A stretch of DNA of 64,000 bases from Planctomycetota bacterium (GTDB lineage: Bacteria; Planctomycetota; UBA1135; UBA2386): positions 1,568,001 through 1,632,000 of the forward strand of contig JBKAGP010000001.1 in assembly GCA_046290465.1 (NCBI GenBank), written 5' to 3'. The position numbers and the translations under genes are program-made. Shown here piece by piece: positions 59,270 to 64,000 of the stretch; the first letter of the stretch is position 1, and each line of letters starts with the position of its first letter. The notes below the pieces were generated by a model, which had not been told where the DNA came from, searched no databases, and saw only the letters and a list, made by a program, of their open reading frames with translations.

Positions 59270-62170
59270 TCAGTTCTGCGAACGCAATTGCTCAAACTCG
59301 ACGCGCTGCTTGGCCGGGCAGTCGACCGCCGCGAACAGCGCCGCATGCTTCTCCGCCTCCGCCAGGACCGCCGGGCGCGTCGTCGGGTCGCGCAGGCTGC
59401 AGCGCATCCAGTCCAGCAGGCGCGCGCGGAAGTGCGGGTCCTCGGTCGAGGTCGCGCGCATCGTGCGTTCGAACACGGCGGCGGCGCGCTTGGGTTCGTT
59501 GGCGACCAGCGTCGCCGCGATGCGGGACGACAGGTCGAGGGCGTCGGGTTCGGCCGCCGCCTCCGAAGAACGCGCCTCCAGCAGGCCCAGCGCCTCCTTC
59601 GGCTTGTTCAGCGCCAGCTGCGCCTCGGCGGCGAGCAGGCGCAGGCGGTCCCGGTAGACCACGTCGGCGGGCGCCGGTTCGTTGAGCCATGCGGTGGCGC
59701 GGCGCACGACCTCCTGGTTCTTGCCGGCGGCGAGGTCGACGGCGAGGCGAAGCATCCGGTGCTGCGGGCCGTCGAGGCGCTGCGCGATGTCGACCGTGTC
59801 GAGCGCGCCGAAGGCGGTGCGAACGTGACGCGCCTCCTCCTTGTGCTCCTCGGCCTTCCAGTCGGTGCGCATCGGCAGCAGCGACGCGGCGCCGATCACG
59901 CAGCGCATCGCGCGGCGGGCGCGCTCGGCGGTCGCGGCGTCGGTGCTGGAGACGTCCTTGGCCAGTTCGTGGGCGCGGTGCGTCTGCAGCACCAGGCGCA
60001 GACCCTTGCGCTTGCCGTTGTGCAGCAGCGGCTCGCAGGCGGCCAGCCACTCGCCGCTGCCGGCGCGCTGGTCGGCGGCGATCGTCGCCAGCGCCCGCAG
60101 CAGCGGGTCGATGCGGAACTCGTGCTCCTTCTTGATCGGGTCGCCGAGCTGGCCGAGCACGAACTTGATCGCGCCGATCGCGCGCTCGGGCATGCCCTGC
60201 TCGCGGCCGAGCTCGGTCATGCAGTCCACTACCGCGTCGAGCGTGCCGGCGTCCTGCTCGAGCAGCAGGCGGGAGCGCAGCCGGGTGATCGTCTCCGGCA
60301 GCCACGTGTGGCGGCGGGTGTCGTTGGAGTCGCGCAGGCGGACCAGCGACTTCGCCGCCTGCTTGCGCAGGCCGGCCTCGGTGTCGTCGAGCGACTCCTG
60401 CAGCGCGTTCAGCCAGTCGTCCGCGAGCTCCCCGTCCGAACGCCACGCGTCCAGGTAGATCAGGCAGGTCGAACGGAACTTGGTGTCGAGCTTGTCGTCG
60501 GCCGCCAGCTTGCGCAGCACGGAGAACGCCTCGGGCACGTACTGCTTGCGGCCGTCGAGCGTCTGCGCCAGCAGCAGGCCGCGGCCGCGCAGGTCGCGGT
60601 CGGGCGCGCTGCGGCAGCTCTGGTCGATCAGCGCGACCCAGTCGCTCTTGTCGGCGGCGTCGGGACCCGGCGCCAGCCAGCGCGGCTCAGTGCGCGACGC
60701 CAGCGTGTCGAGGATCACCTGCAGCTGCAGCTGGTTGGCGGTCGCGTCGGCGAACAGCGCGCGCGCCCGTTCGACCAGCGCCTGGCGGGCCTGGTCCGAC
60801 GGGAACCGCCGCAGGCCGCGCAGCGCCGCCACCTGGCCCTCGCGCGACTGGCCGGCGAGCTGCGCGAGCAGCAGCTGGCGGATCTCGCCGGCGAGCTCGG
60901 CCTCCTCGGGCCGGATCAGGTAGGCCGCGACCTCGAGCAGCAGCGCGCGGCGGCGCTGCACGTCGGGCTGCTGCGACTCGGGCACCAGCTTGAGGCGGTC
61001 GAGCAGCGCGCGGAAGAACGCGTGGCGCGGCGTCGCCGCCCCCTCCACCACCGGCGAACGGGCCAGCGACTCCTGCAGCGCCTCGAGGCAGGCGTCGAGC
61101 ACCGCGGGGCCGTCCGAGGTCGTGCGTTCCTGGACCGCCGCCCAGTCGATGCCGGCGCGCCGGCCGACGTGCACGCTGACGAACTCGCGCGCCGCGTCGA
61201 CACGCATGCTCTCCATCTTGTCGATCAGCTGCTGGTAGGCGCGCGGGCCGAGCCGGGCCGAGCGCTGCGCCAGGTCGACGTAGCTGCGGGTGCCGAACTC
61301 GGCCTGCCAGGTGTCGAACTCGGCCTTGGTGCGGATCGTCGCATCGGGGTAGACCAGCAGGTCGAGCGCCTTCTGCGCGGCGGCGCGCACGACCGCTTCG
61401 GGCGCCTCGAGCTGGCCGGCGATGGTCGGCGCCAGCAGCGTGTTCTGCATGTCGGCGAGGCAGCGCAGCACGTGCGAACGGTCGACCGGCTCGAGCGCGT
61501 GCATCAGCGTCGAGGCCGCCGAGCCGAGTTCGCGCACCGGCACGCGCTGCAGCGCACGCCGCGCGGCCGCCCGGACCGGCGCGGCCTCGTCGTCGTCGAC
61601 GACCGGCGCGTTGGCCCACAGCGGCGCGCAGGCACCGAGGTAGCCGGTCAGCAGTTCGCGGCGCAGGTCCTTGTCGGCGCCGCCGAACTGCGTCGTGACG
61701 CTGCCGAGCAGGTGGCCCTGCAGGGCCGTCAGGATGCTGATGCGCACCCTGTCGGGATCGTCGGCGAGGCGCAGCCGGTCGTGCAGCAGCCGGTGGGCCT
61801 CGGCGCGCGGCATCGCCAGCAGCTGGGCGATCGCGCTCTCGCGCTCGGTCCGGCCGTCGGGGCCGGAGCGGTCGAGCATCGCGCGCAGCTTCTCGAGTTC
61901 GGTATCCCGGGCCTTGCCGTCCTGCTGGTCGGCGGCGGTGTCCGAAGAGGCTTCGGATGCGGCGGCGTCGGACGGGGTCGCGGTAGACGTCGTGGCGGTG
62001 GGCGTCGTGGCGGTAGACGTCGTGGCGGTTGACGTCGTGGCGGCGGCGGACGCGACACCATCCGAACGGGCCGGCTCCGAGGCGGCAACCGGTCGCAGCA
62101 GGCCGGCAAGGATCACGCACCAAAGGCACGCGTCCACCAGTCTCCGGATGCCCAAGCTGCTGCCCTTCAT
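59270..62170 (-). CDS. large exported alpha-helical (HEAT/TPR-like) protein
   Basis: 966 aa, hydrophobic N-terminus, TTSTA repeats, strong GC3 bias. Confidence 0.75.
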   Translation of the reverse strand: MKGSSLGIRRLVDACLWCVILAGLLRPVAASEPARSDGVASAAATTSTATTSTATTPTATTSTATPSDAAASEASSDTAADQQDGKARDTELEKLRAMLDRSGPDGRTERESAIAQLLAMPRAEAHRLLHDRLRLADDPDRVRISILTALQGHLLGSVTTQFGGADKDLRRELLTGYLGACAPLWANAPVVDDDEAAPVRAAARRALQRVPVRELGSAASTLMHALEPVDRSHVLRCLADMQNTLLAPTIAGQLEAPEAVVRAAAQKALDLLVYPDATIRTKAEFDTWQAEFGTRSYVDLAQRSARLGPRAYQQLIDKMESMRVDAAREFVSVHVGRRAGIDWAAVQERTTSDGPAVLDACLEALQESLARSPVVEGAATPRHAFFRALLDRLKLVPESQQPDVQRRRALLLEVAAYLIRPEEAELAGEIRQLLLAQLAGQSREGQVAALRGLRRFPSDQARQALVERARALFADATANQLQLQVILDTLASRTEPRWLAPGPDAADKSDWVALIDQSCRSAPDRDLRGRGLLLAQTLDGRKQYVPEAFSVLRKLAADDKLDTKFRSTCLIYLDAWRSDGELADDWLNALQESLDDTEAGLRKQAAKSLVRLRDSNDTRRHTWLPETITRLRSRLLLEQDAGTLDAVVDCMTELGREQGMPERAIGAIKFVLGQLGDPIKKEHEFRIDPLLRALATIAADQRAGSGEWLAACEPLLHNGKRKGLRLVLQTHRAHELAKDVSSTDAATAERARRAMRCVIGAASLLPMRTDWKAEEHKEEARHVRTAFGALDTVDIAQRLDGPQHRMLRLAVDLAAGKNQEVVRRATAWLNEPAPADVVYRDRLRLLAAEAQLALNKPKEALGLLEARSSEAAAEPDALDLSSRIAATLVANEPKRAAAVFERTMRATSTEDPHFRARLLDWMRCSLRDPTTRPAVLAEAEKHAALFAAVDCPAKQRVEFEQLRSQN
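61977..62045 (-). repeat. 15-bp tandem repeat (~4x ATTST)
   Basis: gtcgtggcggtagac-like units. Confidence 0.7.
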
Positions 62171-62362
62171 CTACGCCGTTCCGCCTACCTTGTCGCCGCG
62201 CGAGGTTCGACGGCCACTCCCGCGCGAGTCGCCGCCCGACCGCATCCTACCAGAGGTCGCGGGGGGAAGAAGCATCGGCATTCCGGTGCCCGCCACCGAA
62301 GCGGCTCGCGCAAGCGCCGACGGCCGCACCACGTTGCGCGACCTACGGCGATCCCTGCGGGG

Positions 62363-63574
62363 TCACGAGATCTTCCAGCGCGCCGCCCGGGATTTTCCGA
62401 CCTGGACCACGTACTCGCCGGGGCCGACCTCGGCCTTCACGTCGGCGACCACCTCGCCGTCGACGCGCACGCCGCGGCCCTGGATCAGCCGGCGGGCCTC
62501 GCTGCTCGAGCCGCACAGCTTGGAGGCGGCGAGGCCGGTCGGCAGCTGGATGCCGCCGGCGTCGGTGCGGCGGGTGTCCGCGCCGGGGCTCCACTCGGGC
62601 AGGTCGTCGGGCACGCCCCCCTCCTGGTGCACGCGGTCGTACTCGGCGCGTGCGGCGGTGGCGGCGTCGGCGCCGTGGTAGCCCTCGACGATCGCCGCGG
62701 CGAGCGCGAACTTCGCGTCGAGCGGCTTCTGCAGCAGCTCTTGCATGCGCGCGGCCGGCACGTCGGTCAGCAGCGTGAAGTACTTCTCGAGCAGGTCGTT
62801 CGGCACCTTCATCAGCTTCGAGAACTGCTTCGACGCCGACTCGGCGACGCCGACGTAGTTGTCGAGCGACTTCGACATCTTCTGGCTGCCGTCGAGGCCC
62901 TCGATCAGCGGCATCGTCAGGCAGACCTGCGCCGGCTGCCCTTCCTGGCCCTGCAGGTCGCGGCCGACCAGCAGGTTGAACAGCTGGTCGGTGCCACCGA
63001 TCTCGACGTCGGCCTTCAGCTCGACCGAGTCCCAGCCCTGCAGCAGCGGGTAGAGGAACTCGTGCACGCTGATCGGCAGGCCGCCCTTGTAGCGCTTGGT
63101 GAAGTCGTCGCGTTCGAGCATGCGCGCGACGGTGTAGCGGCTGGCGAGGCCGACGCAGTCCATGAACGTCTGGCCGAGGAACCACTCGCCGTTCTCGCGC
63201 TCCTCGATGCCGTCGACGTCGAGCACCGCGCCGATCTGCTGGCGGTAGGTCTGCTTGTTGGCCTCGACCTGCTCGCGGGTCAGCGCCGGCCGCGTCTTGT
63301 TGCGGCCGGTCGGGTCGCCGACCATCGCGGTCGCAGTCCCCCACAGCACGATCACCGTGTGGCCGAGGCGCTGGAAGTCGCGCAGCTTGCGCAGCGGCAC
63401 GGTGTGGCCGAGGTGGATGTCCGGCGAGCTCGGGTCGATGCCGAACTTCACGCGCAGCGGCGTGCCGGTCTCGCGGCTCTGCTCGAGGCGCTGCTTCAGG
63501 TCGTCCTCGTCGACCAGGTCGACGGCGCCGCGGCGGATGACGGCCAACTGTTCTTCGACGGGAGGGAACTGCAC
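62363..63574 (-). CDS. tyrS: tyrosyl-tRNA synthetase
   Basis: GIDPSSPDIHLGH, YPLLQGWD, GGTDQLFN, KMSKS, C-terminal S4 domain; GTG start inferred. Confidence 0.96.
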   Translation of the reverse strand: MQFPPVEEQLAVIRRGAVDLVDEDDLKQRLEQSRETGTPLRVKFGIDPSSPDIHLGHTVPLRKLRDFQRLGHTVIVLWGTATAMVGDPTGRNKTRPALTREQVEANKQTYRQQIGAVLDVDGIEERENGEWFLGQTFMDCVGLASRYTVARMLERDDFTKRYKGGLPISVHEFLYPLLQGWDSVELKADVEIGGTDQLFNLLVGRDLQGQEGQPAQVCLTMPLIEGLDGSQKMSKSLDNYVGVAESASKQFSKLMKVPNDLLEKYFTLLTDVPAARMQELLQKPLDAKFALAAAIVEGYHGADAATAARAEYDRVHQEGGVPDDLPEWSPGADTRRTDAGGIQLPTGLAASKLCGSSSEARRLIQGRGVRVDGEVVADVKAEVGPGEYVVQVGKSRAARWKIS

Positions 63575-63874
63575 CGCGGCAGGTCTACCCCCCGCAACTT
63601 CTGCAAGCAAGCGCAGCCGAGCCGGCGGCGAGAAGGTGTGCCGGCGACCCGATCAGGTGCCCTCTCTGGTTGCTCCCAGAAACCTGACGCAGGGTCGCCG
63701 GCTCACGGACCGCCGGGTGCGATCGGCGGCCGTGCCTCCCTACGTGCGCGGACGGCGGATCGTTCACGGAGGGACGTCGAAAGCGCGCGGTCGGGGCGCA
63801 ATGGACAGCCAGCGTCCATGGCCGAACCGCGTCCGGACGCGCAGCGTCCATCGGCAGGCCGCGTCGCTCCGGGA

Positions 63875-64000
63875 CTACGGGTCCCGGTGGCGGGGATCGC
63901 CTGCCTTATCGCCTGCCTTATCGCCTGCCGAATCGTCGGCCGGATCGTCGGCCGGATCGTCGGCAGGGTCTTCGGCCGGATCATCGGCCGGGTCGTCGCC
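63875..64000 (-). CDS. C-terminal end of a gene with acidic 12-bp repeats
   Basis: GDDPADDPAEDPADDPADDPADDSAGDKAGDKAGDPRHRDP*. Confidence 0.55.
   Translation of the reverse strand, partial: GDDPADDPAEDPADDPADDPADDSAGDKAGDKAGDPRHRDP

Overview
High-GC bacterial DNA, probably from a planctomycete; this is inferred from the many signal-peptide proteins with a shared C-terminal beta-sandwich, not from a marker gene. (1) 1-20 kb is host-like: cysteine synthase, a DUF455/ATP-grasp pair, TlpA, ArsC, secreted proteins, and an exported CobN-like/MotA-ExbB/DUF2149 (HmuS-U-V-like) operon behind a sigma54 motif. (2) 20.9-47.9 kb is a headless contractile injection system (eCIS/tailocin-like). It has a sigma54 promoter in front and a sensor-less sigma54 activator at the end, a chaperone gene with a phage-type -1 frameshift signal (T TTT TTG plus hairpin), three similar-length helical proteins in the tape-measure slot, an HxH-tipped spike followed by a 3x37-aa polyproline protein, and no recognisable Afp15 AAA+ ATPase, PAAR or lysis genes. 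(3) 48.4-51.3 kb is mobile-element debris: an internally deleted IS21, an MTase fragment and a tyrosine integrase fragment. (4) 51.3-59.2 kb is an element integrated in tRNA-fMet. It carries a serine recombinase whose C-terminus is encoded across the att site (two relic arms encode homologous alternative tails), a Rep_trans/MOBT protein with an ICEBs1-like nic hairpin, and a short type II CBASS (CD-NTase, E2, single-TM putative effector). (5) Host genes resume after the tRNA, including tyrS. All protein-family calls are from motif recognition by eye; no searches were run.
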